A stretch of 35,259 bases of DNA from Promethearchaeota archaeon (GCA_048938895.1 JBHLLU010000019.1:36806-72064); one strand, 5' to 3'. Positions 9,742 to 19,949 are shown, counted from the first letter of the stretch. Notes: generated by a model not told the origin, from the letters alone. Numbers and translations: made by a program.

Positions 9742-10422
9742 TTACATCTTTTCATAGCCACAGTATGGACACTTAAATTTGAGATGCCCCACATTAAAAC
9801 CCTTTATCTCTGTTATCAGTTTATTACAATTTGGACAACGTGGAGAAAATTCAGGGAACCATTGTCCCTTAATATTTGGCATTTGTTTAAGAATGTCAGT
9901 TAAATTCGATCTTTTCAAGGTATTCGTATTTATTTGGAGCAATTGCTGTTCTTCAGCTACAGATTTTCCCTTAGGTGCTAGTACCATTAAGAATTTCATT
10001 TTTTTAGGACTAGTGAGTAAGGATAAAGTTCGTAGAATAGCTTCTTTTTTATGTTCCTTAAACAATTTCCCTAATTCCGGGGGTGCTATAGCCACTAATA
10101 TAGCTTGTGAACCTTTCATTTCATTTTTAACTTTTTGAAATAGAAATTGAAAGGTTCTTCTCTCACTATCCATCCCCCATAAAAGATTCCAGGGCTTAAT
10201 GTCATAATCCTCACCATGGGGACCTAGTATTCTTTTGATGCTTTTAACCCAGGTATAGTGTTTGAATTTATTAAGAAGGGAGAGTATATCATCAAAGAAT
10301 TCAGGTTCAATTACAGGAAATGTTTTAAAAATATTTTTCAATGAATATAATTTCACTTCAGTCATAGTCTTTAACTGAAGTGAATCCCATGGTGTATAAG
10401 TAAAAATACTAAAAAAATCCAT
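9742..10422 (-). CDS. Hypothetical protein with C-terminal Zn ribbon
   Basis: 226-aa ORF ending CPNC-x15-CPYCGY; N-terminal part not recognised. Confidence 0.75.
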   Translation of the reverse strand: MDFFSIFTYTPWDSLQLKTMTEVKLYSLKNIFKTFPVIEPEFFDDILSLLNKFKHYTWVKSIKRILGPHGEDYDIKPWNLLWGMDSERRTFQFLFQKVKNEMKGSQAILVAIAPPELGKLFKEHKKEAILRTLSLLTSPKKMKFLMVLAPKGKSVAEEQQLLQINTNTLKRSNLTDILKQMPNIKGQWFPEFSPRCPNCNKLITEIKGFNVGHLKFKCPYCGYEKM

Positions 10423-10537
10423 TTAATTGCAACTTTTTATGTCTTAATTTATATAATCAATAGAGTCTATGTTTAAAAATTAATTTTATATTTTAAATTA
10501 ACAATTTTTAAAAAGTACATTCAACATACTATCTCGT

Positions 10538-11689
10538 ATGACCGCAATTTGGGATAACAAAGCTGATGCTGTTCAAAAAGGAGATAATTTAAGAGATATA
10601 TCCCCAATAGCTGAAAAAACTCGCGTAGATGAAGAAGATTTTACACATTATGTATTCAGTAAGCTATTATTTAACAATCCCTGGTATAAAATTCCAGATA
10701 ATGATTTAGAAATGTTTAAGAATTTTATAGAGGGAGGTTCTCGTTCATATCCTTCTGATGGGAGCATTCCATGCGATGTTGTAGCAGGAGAGGCGCGAAA
10801 GGTAATAAATAGAATTGTAGAAATCTCAAATGAACCAGAAAACGTATATTATAATGATGCATGTGAATCATTGAAGGAAGGGAAATTTGAATTAGTACGG
10901 GGTACTTTAAAATTATATTTAGGAAAGTATACAACTCGAGATTGGAGAAGAAAAAGATTTACAGATGACATTGATTTCTGGTCTTTTCAGGTTCATTTAT
11001 TGGATCATGTATTAAGGGAAATGGGTTGGGTAAAAAATAAAGAGACAGGAGAATGGGAAAAAAGTGTAGAATGGGTTAACCCAGATACAGGTCAAACTAG
11101 ACATGAAGCTCTGTGTGCGGCAAATAATTTAAATCAATTACTTGATTTTGGTGCTGGAAGTTATCTAGAAGGAACGAAACTAAAAGAGATATTTAATAAG
11201 AAACTGAAAAGAGGACATGATGTGGATCTCAGCGATATCATCAATGTAGCATTGTATAATGACGGATTAGAGGGGAAAAATAAAAGTGAATGGAATGAGG
11301 TCTGGGAATCATTTGAAGCAGCGACTAACACCAGAAACTCGAGAATTACTTCAAATTTAATTAGCTTATGTCGATATTCTTTAGGGATTGCTGATTATTT
11401 AGAACGGGTTCATAAAGCTTTAAGTACATATCACGATCTTCTATATGACAAAAATGAGTATCCTGACGATGCGTTAAAGAAAATTTGTAGAACATCAATT
11501 CATTGGATGAGATTTCTGAAAGATAATGGTCCAGAAAAAACGCGGAATATGATTCATGAATTTTTACTTGAGCAAATTGAGGAAAAACCAATTCATGTGA
11601 GAAACTTAAGAAGCTTTATTAAAAAAGTTCTTGAATTACTGAATTCTAAATATGAATATCTCAAAATAAAATTTGAAATTGAGAATTAG
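10538..11689 (+). CDS. Putative Pol-beta superfamily nucleotidyltransferase (AbiEii/MenT/DUF1814-like)
   Basis: LVRGTLKLYL...RFTDDIDF resembles the AbiEii GGTAL...RFS.D.DF motif; downstream KKLKRGHDVDLSD resembles the K..R..D..D motif. Confidence 0.6.
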   Translation: MTAIWDNKADAVQKGDNLRDISPIAEKTRVDEEDFTHYVFSKLLFNNPWYKIPDNDLEMFKNFIEGGSRSYPSDGSIPCDVVAGEARKVINRIVEISNEPENVYYNDACESLKEGKFELVRGTLKLYLGKYTTRDWRRKRFTDDIDFWSFQVHLLDHVLREMGWVKNKETGEWEKSVEWVNPDTGQTRHEALCAANNLNQLLDFGAGSYLEGTKLKEIFNKKLKRGHDVDLSDIINVALYNDGLEGKNKSEWNEVWESFEAATNTRNSRITSNLISLCRYSLGIADYLERVHKALSTYHDLLYDKNEYPDDALKKICRTSIHWMRFLKDNGPEKTRNMIHEFLLEQIEEKPIHVRNLRSFIKKVLELLNSKYEYLKIKFEIEN

Positions 11690-12954
11690 TCATATACTAA
11701 AATGACTTCTTCAGGTTCAGGCTCAAGTTTAACTTCATCCTCTTTCTCAAAACGATGTTTGGAAATACCATGAAGCAGCCAATATCCAGTTACAGCAATC
11801 ATGCCTAAGATCCCTGCAAAGTACCATACCCAGTTTGGCCCAAGGCTTTCCATTACCAATCCAGCAAGAATTACTCCAAAGAGATTTGGAATGGCCCATT
11901 GGAAACCAAAAACAGCCATATACCTTCCACGTTTATCTTCAGGGGCAAAAGAAGCAGCTGCAGCTTGTGATACGGGGGAAACAATCATTTCTCCTATCGT
12001 TATAATTATCATCGCAATAAAAAATAGATATACAGCTGAAATAAATCCATATAAAGCGAAGCCTATCGCATAAAAAGCAGCACCAAACGCCATCATCTTC
12101 ATTGGAGCATACTTTGAAATCCTCCTGGTAATCCAAAATTGAAAAAGAACAACCATTAAAGCATTCATGCTAAGTAAAAATCCAAAGCTTTGTTCTGAGA
12201 ACCCATATTCATCTCGCAAGAATACTGAGAGAGTACTATTCATTTGCATATATATTAACACTGTTATAGCAGAAATAGCAAGAAATAAAACATATATTCC
12301 ATCTTTTAAAACCTCTTTGTATCCCCTAAGGGTTTGCATTACACTTTCTTCTGGTTTATCATCCATTTTTTGTGGCTTGGTTTCTGGGATCACAAGATAT
12401 ACTATCATCGCGGTAATTAAACTACTTATAGCATCTGCAATGAATAAAAGTATAAATGATCTCGTCGCCAAAAAACCACCAAGGATAGGACCTACCGTTG
12501 CAGATAAATTAAATGCCACTCGGAGAATTCCAAAACCTTCTGCTTGTTTTTCTTTTGGAAGTAAATCTGCAACCATCGCTTGTCGAGCAGGTCCTCCAAA
12601 ATTGCCAACTAAACCCAAAAATCCTGCAATTAGATAAAATAAGATTAGATCATCGATTAAACCCATGAAAATACTTCCTATCCCGCTTACTACTAACCCA
12701 ATTATAACCATCGCACGACGGCCGTACTTATCAGCCAAAGCACCTCCAACAATACCTCCGAAAATATTTCCTGCGGAGAATATTGAAAAGAGAATTCCAA
12801 CTTCGGTCATCCCAACCCCAAAATGCGCAGTAATATAAAGAGCATAAAACGGATATAACAAAAAGCTACCTAACATATCTATAAATGTAGCTAGGGTTAA
12901 CACTTTAAATGCACTAGGATATTCGTTATATACTCGTTTAATTTTTCCGAACAT
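11686..12954 (-). CDS. MFS transporter (DHA/MdtH-like)
   Basis: About 12 TM segments, motif A GALADKYGRR, GPILGG motif C, PEDKRGRYM. Confidence 0.93.
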   Translation of the reverse strand: MFGKIKRVYNEYPSAFKVLTLATFIDMLGSFLLYPFYALYITAHFGVGMTEVGILFSIFSAGNIFGGIVGGALADKYGRRAMVIIGLVVSGIGSIFMGLIDDLILFYLIAGFLGLVGNFGGPARQAMVADLLPKEKQAEGFGILRVAFNLSATVGPILGGFLATRSFILLFIADAISSLITAMIVYLVIPETKPQKMDDKPEESVMQTLRGYKEVLKDGIYVLFLAISAITVLIYMQMNSTLSVFLRDEYGFSEQSFGFLLSMNALMVVLFQFWITRRISKYAPMKMMAFGAAFYAIGFALYGFISAVYLFFIAMIIITIGEMIVSPVSQAAAASFAPEDKRGRYMAVFGFQWAIPNLFGVILAGLVMESLGPNWVWYFAGILGMIAVTGYWLLHGISKHRFEKEDEVKLEPEPEEVILVYD

Positions 12955-13100
12955 CTGTAAATTCTCTTATAAAATTTTAAAATTATAAAGATTTGCAAGA
13001 TATATATCTTATTACTGTAAAATAATAATGATATTTATAGTTTGGATTGTTGAACTATAATTGAACTTAAAGTTTTGGGTGAAGCAAATACATATATTTG

Positions 13101-13133
13101 AAAAAAAATATCGTGAAAGATGCGTTTCACGAT
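13101..13133 (-). terminator. Hairpin plus oligo-T terminator downstream of the C45 hydrolase gene
   Basis: ATCGTGAAA-gatgcg-TTTCACGAT 9-bp stem (13110-13133), followed on the minus strand by ATTTTTTTT. Confidence 0.6.
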
Positions 13134-13178
13134 CATTTTTAAAAAAAAAGAAGTTAGATAATGATTGTTGATTTTCTC

Positions 13179-14405
13179 TTAGTAGAATGATATTGTTCCT
13201 AAACTTGAATCTAATGGATTTCCTAAGCAGAAATATATTTTATTTCTGGTATCTACAAAAAAAGATCCGACTGTAACTACTTCCAGTGGATCTATCATTG
13301 AAAATCTTCTCGAAATCATTGTATCGGAGCAGATATTAATTATATCCATCACGTCTAAATCCCCATCTTGGGTATAAGATTGACATAGTTCAGAAATTCT
13401 ATTATAGCGTGGGAGATATTTTGTGGGAAAAATCATAAACATCTTAAATAAACTGTTTTCATAGATATTTGCATCAAAGCTGTAAGTTCCCCTCCAAATC
13501 ATTTCGATGGAATAGGAATTTGGAATAGTTTCAATTGCCATCATATTTCTTCGGTTTCTTATGATATAATTCCATCCCAAAGTGAAATCATTAGAAGTAA
13601 TTATATACTTAGCTTGTCTAAGAGAAAAAGCCCTTTCCAATACACTCCTATAAATAATTGAAAGTGGTTTACCGGAGCATCCATAGTTGAATACTTCTAA
13701 TAGGTTGATAGAAATTGATAGCCCCCATTTATTTATTCCTCCCATAGCCAACATGCTTCCGATTCTAAACGAAAAAAGTTTCTTATTCCTGATATGTGAA
13801 TAGACCCAAGATGTACTTGGCATCATCAAAAAGGATAGGTCAATATTTTGCCCAAAAGCTGTCTTTCCTTCCGTGTGAGAACCAATGGCAGTACAACCTC
13901 CTGCGATTAGTGGTGATTGCGGATAGCCAGTAAGCATTGGAATAATCTTACCGTAGTAGATATCCCAGAAACAATTTTGAGCTAGGATATCTATGAAATC
14001 AATTGAAATTTGATAAAGTTCTCCCATAAAAGGAATTGGTACGGTATCGATCGCATCCGCCATTCCCTGCATCTCAAGAATATATTCCTCGGGAATATGT
14101 TCAACGTAATCCATGGTATAATAGAGCGCATGATCATAAGAAAGTCCCAAATCTTGAGCTTGAAGCATTATTATAAGTTTCATCCAAGCGATTTGGAAGG
14201 CTAAATGCTGCCCCTCCAAAAATCCAAGAGTATAGTAATCATCTGCTCTCACATATAGATACTGCTGGTTATTAGAAATTCTCCATTCAGCAAATTCCAA
14301 TGTATCATCATTGGTTTTACAGGCACTAACAAAAGAAATAAAACCTGAACTCAAAATAATTCCTAAGATGAATAGTAATAGAACTGATTTTTTCTTAAAT
14401 TGCAT
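13179..14405 (-). CDS. Secreted peptidase C45 / Ntn-hydrolase (acyl-CoA:6-APA acyltransferase-like)
   Basis: Signal peptide ending VSAC; YTLGFLEG, EMQGMAD, autocleavage site GG|CTAIG, GQNID, GINKWGL. Confidence 0.85.
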   Translation of the reverse strand: MQFKKKSVLLLFILGIILSSGFISFVSACKTNDDTLEFAEWRISNNQQYLYVRADDYYTLGFLEGQHLAFQIAWMKLIIMLQAQDLGLSYDHALYYTMDYVEHIPEEYILEMQGMADAIDTVPIPFMGELYQISIDFIDILAQNCFWDIYYGKIIPMLTGYPQSPLIAGGCTAIGSHTEGKTAFGQNIDLSFLMMPSTSWVYSHIRNKKLFSFRIGSMLAMGGINKWGLSISINLLEVFNYGCSGKPLSIIYRSVLERAFSLRQAKYIITSNDFTLGWNYIIRNRRNMMAIETIPNSYSIEMIWRGTYSFDANIYENSLFKMFMIFPTKYLPRYNRISELCQSYTQDGDLDVMDIINICSDTMISRRFSMIDPLEVVTVGSFFVDTRNKIYFCLGNPLDSSLGTISFY

Positions 14406-14508
14406 AATTTTAACCCCTAATTATTATGTTTATTGTAATTTATTTAAAAAAAGAGATTTAAATCCCACACTTTGTTTTTCTAAAAAGAGAAAATGATTAT
14501 AAAAATAC

Positions 14509-14769
14509 TTAACCCAATTGTTTTAAATCAAAATAGTCAACTGTAATAGTGTTTTTTGTTTCAATTATTTCACCAGTGATCACTACTTTTTTATCAAGAA
14601 ACTTATGTAATTCAGGATCTTCTTCCCACATCTGAGTTTTTTTTCTTACTAAGACCTTGTTCCATCTGTTTTTATAATCATCCACAGGTTTAATAAAATA
14701 TGTAGGACCTTTCGATCTTGTTCCCTTTCCTTCAATTATGGCAAAAAGAATTCCTCTAATTTCATCCAT
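14509..14769 (-). CDS. Small hypothetical protein, possibly OB-fold-like beta barrel
   Basis: 86-aa ORF starting 22 bp after the pfk stop with GAGG SD; beta-rich, KKVVITGEI. Confidence 0.7.
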   Translation of the reverse strand: MDEIRGILFAIIEGKGTRSKGPTYFIKPVDDYKNRWNKVLVRKKTQMWEEDPELHKFLDKKVVITGEIIETKNTITVDYFDLKQLG

Positions 14770-14790
14770 ATTTAAACCTCAAATCTCTAA

Positions 14791-15945
14791 CTATTTCTGT
14801 TTGGAAAGATATCGTATTTTTACTAGTAAATCACGTAGTTCCATCTTATCATTTTCTGGAGTAATATATTTCTTTTTTACTCCTTCTGAAAGAGATATTG
14901 TTTCAATTTTATTGCCTTGGAGGGATACCATATTACCGAATTTTCCATCTAATATGAGTTTCATTGCAGCTAACCCAAATCTTAAACCTAAAATTCTATC
15001 AAATGAATTAGGGGGTCCTGCACGCATTGTATGCCCAAGAACCACACTTCGACATTCGAAATCAACTCCATTTTTCCGAAACTCTTGTTTTAGGTCTTCT
15101 CGCAAATTTAATTCATCAACAATTATTTTAGAAATATTTAATTTAGCTAATAATGGATTACCAAAACTATCTCTTGGCAACTTATCAATTTTCTTTTTGG
15201 AGATAGTCTTAAAGTCCCGTTCTAAAGAATCCAAACTTGGATGAGCACCTTCAGAGGTTGCTATAATATGATACTTATATCCTGCATTAACCCTTTCTTT
15301 AAGAACATTAATTACATCTTCTTCTAAATCAAAGGGGGTTTCAGGAATTAAAATTATATCTGCTCCAGCAGAAATCCCACTATACATTGTAAGAAAACCG
15401 GCATCTCTACCCATTATTTCAACCACAAATACTCTTTGATGGGAATGAGCAGTTGTTGTTAGATTATCCATCGCATTAGAGGCTAATTGAACCGCACTCC
15501 AAAATCCAAAGGTATAATGAGTCCCAAGAATGTCATTATCTATGGTTTTTGGACAACCTACTACCTTTGCATCGGCATATTGATAAAGAGAATTTGCTAC
15601 ACCTAGAGTATCATCACCACCTATTGCAATTAATGCATCAATTCCTAATTTCTCAAAGTTCTGAGCTAATTCTAACGCCTTACCCTTCCTTGATTCTACC
15701 CCTTTAAAAGGATTAGTCCTACTCGTATAGAGGATAGTTCCCCCGACAGTATGTAAATCATCATGTTCTGCAATATCTAAAGGAATTGTCAAGCCTTCTA
15801 TAAATCCTTTCCATCCTTTAAGAATGCCAACACATTCTACTCCTGCATCATAAGCCTTTAACATTATTCCATATATTACAGAATTTAGCCCAGGACAGTC
15901 ACCGCCTCCTGTTAATATACCAATCTTCTTTATTTGTTTTTCCAT
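14791..15945 (-). CDS. pfk: PfkA-family 6-phosphofructokinase, probably PPi-dependent
   Basis: LTGGGDCPGLN, GGTILYTSR, IGGDDT, PKTIDND, EIMGRDAG, LGHTMRAG. Confidence 0.93.
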   Translation of the reverse strand: MEKQIKKIGILTGGGDCPGLNSVIYGIMLKAYDAGVECVGILKGWKGFIEGLTIPLDIAEHDDLHTVGGTILYTSRTNPFKGVESRKGKALELAQNFEKLGIDALIAIGGDDTLGVANSLYQYADAKVVGCPKTIDNDILGTHYTFGFWSAVQLASNAMDNLTTTAHSHQRVFVVEIMGRDAGFLTMYSGISAGADIILIPETPFDLEEDVINVLKERVNAGYKYHIIATSEGAHPSLDSLERDFKTISKKKIDKLPRDSFGNPLLAKLNISKIIVDELNLREDLKQEFRKNGVDFECRSVVLGHTMRAGPPNSFDRILGLRFGLAAMKLILDGKFGNMVSLQGNKIETISLSEGVKKKYITPENDKMELRDLLVKIRYLSKQK

Positions 15946-16011
15946 GACATAATCACTAAAATTTGAAATTTATTTTAATATAATAATACACAAATATGTT
16001 GAAATTATATT

Positions 16012-16587
16012 TTATTTTTCCTCTGGATCTTCTGTATCAACTTTTTCAAATTTATACTTTGAAGTATCTTGAGGGATTATATAACTCCCTCCTCCTATAT
16101 CCGTTATTTTCAAGGTGAATGGAAATTTCCCTTCAAGTGCCTGGTGTAATTGATTTAATATATCTTCAATTTCCTGCAATTCTGAGTCACCTTCTTTAAG
16201 ATTGTTTCGATATATCGAGACTGCACTTTCGAATCTATGTAAAATACCTTCTACATTAGTATAATAGAAATCAGCTCTAGGACCAGGCTCTACTAATAAT
16301 TCAAGTTCAGGAATTTCCAATTTTCCAGTTGGAGATCTGTAAATTTTTGATTTAAGATCATTTTCATTTGTTACCTTCAAGGTAATAATTCCAGGATCCA
16401 TCTTTGTAGTAAGAGGTATTATATCATTTTTATGAAAATTACAGTTGGTACACTCAAATTTTAATATTAACATTTTATCACCATCAGGTAGATCATAGAA
16501 GTTTCTTACAATATCAACAGTCCCCTTTTCACATAATGGACATTGGAATGAATAAATGGTTTCGCTATTTCTTTTCTCTTTCGACAT
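16012..16587 (-). CDS. ZPR1-type zinc finger protein
   Basis: CPLC...CTNC finger, RSPTGKLEIPELELLVEPG, TNVEGIL, FTLKITD..G.SYI. Confidence 0.92.
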   Translation of the reverse strand: MSKEKRNSETIYSFQCPLCEKGTVDIVRNFYDLPDGDKMLILKFECTNCNFHKNDIIPLTTKMDPGIITLKVTNENDLKSKIYRSPTGKLEIPELELLVEPGPRADFYYTNVEGILHRFESAVSIYRNNLKEGDSELQEIEDILNQLHQALEGKFPFTLKITDIGGGSYIIPQDTSKYKFEKVDTEDPEEK

Positions 16588-16825
16588 TGGACTGAAATTA
16601 ATTTGAATTCTCTTTAAGATTAATCTGATTTTATACCAAAGTTTCTCTCAATTTATTCAAAATAATGGAATTTAGAAAATAAACTATTTATTAGAACTTT
16701 TTTTTAGTTATAATAATTATAATTAAAAACTCTATATTATTGTTTAATATTGCAGTTATAGGAGAAAAATCAAAAGAACTTTTTTTCATTGATAATAGAA
16801 GATATTTATAATAAGTTGATTAAAA

Positions 16826-17404
16826 TTGTCCCAAGAAGAAAAAATTGTAGAAATCTCGATGCACTGTAGAGGGGGTCAGACTTGTATTACCGCTAGTCAA
16901 TTGCTAGCAGAAATGGCATTTGAGGAAGGTTTTAAAGATACAATAGCAATACCTATAATCGGAGCTGAGCGTAGAGGTGCTCCGATACAAGCGTTTACAA
17001 AAGTTTCAAAGAAACAATCAATAAAAACCTATGATAGTGTGGTGAATCCTGATTATATCCTAATGTTTGATACTTCTTTATTGCAAATACCAACAATTAA
17101 GGCTACGATAAAGGAAGGGGTAAATTTAATAGTAAATAGTGCCGAACCTATAAATACTAATGATCTCCCCGCCAATATAAAGATCTTTCTTGTAGACGCC
17201 ACTGGTATATGCATTCAAAAGAATTTTATGCATGCCAGTGGACCAATCTTGAACATTCCAATGTTGGGGGCATTTGGTAAGATTACAGGATATTTTGATC
17301 TTAAAACCATGGAAAAAGTGATTAAAAAGGAGTTTGGAGAAGAAAGGTTAGAAAAGAATATGAGCGTTGCTAAAGACGCATATGAATCAGTAAGAGAAAT
17401 GTAA
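16826..17404 (+). CDS. porG: Pyruvate/2-oxoacid:ferredoxin oxidoreductase gamma subunit
   Basis: [26 protein letters not shown]; TTG start. Confidence 0.92.
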   Translation: MSQEEKIVEISMHCRGGQTCITASQLLAEMAFEEGFKDTIAIPIIGAERRGAPIQAFTKVSKKQSIKTYDSVVNPDYILMFDTSLLQIPTIKATIKEGVNLIVNSAEPINTNDLPANIKIFLVDATGICIQKNFMHASGPILNIPMLGAFGKITGYFDLKTMEKVIKKEFGEERLEKNMSVAKDAYESVREM

Positions 17405-17406
17405 TC

Positions 17407-17754
17407 ATGTCTAAATCTAAAAAATGGGAAAAAATAAATAAGTCAGTAAAAGAGCGTCCTAAGGTTCAGGAATACAAAAATTGGGAAGAATTATCTCCTA
17501 TTCCAATCTCACTGCCAATTGATGGAAATATTGGCACAACTGGTGATTGGAGAACCTTTAGGCCAATAATTAAAGAAGGATGTAATAAATGTGGAATTTG
17601 TTGGATGTATTGTCCTGAAGGAGTTATTGAGAGGAAAGAAGATGGATCCTTTGAGATAAATTTGCGTTATTGTAAAGGTTGTGGGATATGTGCTAAAGAA
17701 TGTCCTACAAAAAATATTGAAATGATAAGAGAGAGTGATTTAAAAGATGACTGA
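17407..17754 (+). CDS. porD: 2-oxoacid:ferredoxin oxidoreductase delta subunit (2x[4Fe-4S])
   Basis: [33 protein letters not shown]. Confidence 0.95.
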   Translation: MSKSKKWEKINKSVKERPKVQEYKNWEELSPIPISLPIDGNIGTTGDWRTFRPIIKEGCNKCGICWMYCPEGVIERKEDGSFEINLRYCKGCGICAKECPTKNIEMIRESDLKDD

Positions 17755-19003
17755 AGCTCAGGAAGATTTTGTCCAAGAAAGAGAAACTATAATCATAAAA
17801 GGAAATGTCGCGGCAGCGTATGCTGCAAAATCTGCTCGAGTACAAGTGATAAGTGCGTATCCAATAACACCGCAAACTACCGTGGTAGAGAAATTGTCTG
17901 AATTTGTAGATAATGGATTAATGCCTGGAACTGAATATATTAAAATGGAATCCGAACATAGTGTGTTTGCTGCTGTAGTTGGTGCAAGTAAAGCAGGAAC
18001 CAGAACATTTACAGCTACATCAGGTCAAGGTATATTTTATGCCCATGAGATGATCCACTGGGCTGCTGGAGCGAGACTTCCGATTGTGGTTGCTATAGCA
18101 TCTCGAGGACCTGCACCTCCATGGAATATTTGGGCTGATTTTACGGATGTAATAAGTCAACGAGATACAGGGTGGATTAGTTGTTTTTGTGCAGAACATC
18201 AAGAAATTTATGACGAAATCCTTATGTCCTATAAAGTGTGTGAGGATCATGAGATTTTACTGCCAAAATTCGTTTCGTATGGAGGATTTATACTTTCTCA
18301 TACCTCCAAACCAGTAATAATTGAAGATCAAGATTTAGTTGATAGTTTCTTACCACCATTACCAAGCGAGGAAGGTTGGCCACATATCTGGATGGATCCA
18401 AAAAGACCGATGATGTTTGGAAATCTCATTATGCCTTCTAATTTTTATTACGAATTTAGGTTAAAAATACATGATGCCTTAATAAAATCCAAGGAGAAAA
18501 TTAAAGAGGTGGCTAAGGAATTTGATAAAGTTTTTGGCAGAAATTATGGTAATGGTCTAATTCAAGAACATAAAATGGATAGCGCTGATGTGGGTGTCAT
18601 TATTTATGGAGATCTAGCTTTACAGATGGAACAAGCTGTCGATGAGCTTCGAGATGAAGGATATAAAGTAGGAATGGTAAAATTAAGGCACTTTAGACCC
18701 TTTCCGACAGAAGATGTAATCGAAATCGCAAAAAAAGTAAAAGTACTTGGAGTTATAGATAGAGCTACTGCTTTTGGTTCCCAAACAGGAGGACCCGTAA
18801 GTTGTGAAGTAAAGGCTGCGCTTCATGAAATTCAGGGAACTGCTGCAATACTACCAATAATTAACGGACTTGGAGGAAGAGAAGTAACCCTTGAACAACA
18901 AAAAAGTCAATTAAAGACCCTAGTCAGATTTAATGAAACAGGGGAACTTCCAAAAGATATAATTGATGGAACATACTGGGATGGATTATTGGAGGTTGAA
19001 TGA
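17747..19003 (+). CDS. porA: 2-oxoacid:ferredoxin oxidoreductase alpha subunit
   Basis: [30 protein letters not shown]. Confidence 0.95.
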   Translation: MTEAQEDFVQERETIIIKGNVAAAYAAKSARVQVISAYPITPQTTVVEKLSEFVDNGLMPGTEYIKMESEHSVFAAVVGASKAGTRTFTATSGQGIFYAHEMIHWAAGARLPIVVAIASRGPAPPWNIWADFTDVISQRDTGWISCFCAEHQEIYDEILMSYKVCEDHEILLPKFVSYGGFILSHTSKPVIIEDQDLVDSFLPPLPSEEGWPHIWMDPKRPMMFGNLIMPSNFYYEFRLKIHDALIKSKEKIKEVAKEFDKVFGRNYGNGLIQEHKMDSADVGVIIYGDLALQMEQAVDELRDEGYKVGMVKLRHFRPFPTEDVIEIAKKVKVLGVIDRATAFGSQTGGPVSCEVKAALHEIQGTAAILPIINGLGGREVTLEQQKSQLKTLVRFNETGELPKDIIDGTYWDGLLEVE

Positions 19004-19007
19004 GGGA

Positions 19008-19949
19008 ATGGTTAAATTAAAAGAAGCTTTAGAGTCGTGCCAAGAAGAATATTTTCTTCCAGGAAATTCTTGTTGCGCTGGATGTGGTTTAGAAGTCGCT
19101 CTTCGATGGGCAATGAAAGCGTTAGGTCCCAATACTGCACTTGTAACTCCCGCATCCTGTTTGAATGTTGTAGTAGGATTATGGCCTAAAACCGCACCAA
19201 ACTTTCCATTTACAAATATGGCTTTTGCAGCAGGTGCAGCTGCCGCAACAGGAATGTCAGCAGCATTTAAAGCGAAAGCATATCGGTTTCCAGGAAAAGG
19301 ATGGGATGAAATGACAGCAATTACTTTTGCTGGGGATGGTGGTACTGCTGATATTGGTATACAAGGTTTAAGTGGAGCTGCAGAGAGAAATTCAGACCAA
19401 ATTTATGTATGCTATGATAATGAGGCATATATGAATACAGGAATTCAGAGATCATCGAGTACTCCGCATGGTGCGTGGACAAGTACAACTACTAAGGGAA
19501 AGGACCGTTTTAAGAAAAATCTTCCTGCAATAATGGCTGCTCATGATATACCCTATGTCGCAACATGTTCTATCAGTGAACCCTTGGATTTATACGAAAA
19601 ATTTAAGAAAGCCAAGTCTATTGAAGGATGTAAATATATTCACATTCTGGCTCCATGTCCTCCTGGTTGGGGTACTGATAGTTCAGAATCAATAGAAATA
19701 GCCAGATTAGCTGTTAAGACTGGTTCATGGATCTTGTATGAAGTTGAAAATGGTATTATGACCCTGTCAAAAGCAAGTAAAAGTCTTTTAGATGCTTCTA
19801 AACGAAAACCATTGATTGATTATCTTTCCCGACAGAAAAGATTTGCCAATATTTCAGAAAAAGATTTAATCGAACTCCAAGAATATGTAGATCATGTGTG
19901 GAACCGAATAAATGTTGATCTAAGCTGTCAAGAACAGTATCCAAAATAA
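19008..19949 (+). CDS. porB: 2-oxoacid:ferredoxin oxidoreductase beta subunit (TPP-binding)
   Basis: CAGCG, ASC, GDGG...YDNEAYMNTGIQRS, PCPPGW. ATG at 19008 preferred over 18963. Confidence 0.95.
   Translation: MVKLKEALESCQEEYFLPGNSCCAGCGLEVALRWAMKALGPNTALVTPASCLNVVVGLWPKTAPNFPFTNMAFAAGAAAATGMSAAFKAKAYRFPGKGWDEMTAITFAGDGGTADIGIQGLSGAAERNSDQIYVCYDNEAYMNTGIQRSSSTPHGAWTSTTTKGKDRFKKNLPAIMAAHDIPYVATCSISEPLDLYEKFKKAKSIEGCKYIHILAPCPPGWGTDSSESIEIARLAVKTGSWILYEVENGIMTLSKASKSLLDASKRKPLIDYLSRQKRFANISEKDLIELQEYVDHVWNRINVDLSCQEQYPK

Noticed and set aside
16588-16825. AT-rich palindromes in the ZPR1/por divergent region
   Set aside because: Expected by chance at this AT content; probably promoters, but specific sites cannot be supported.
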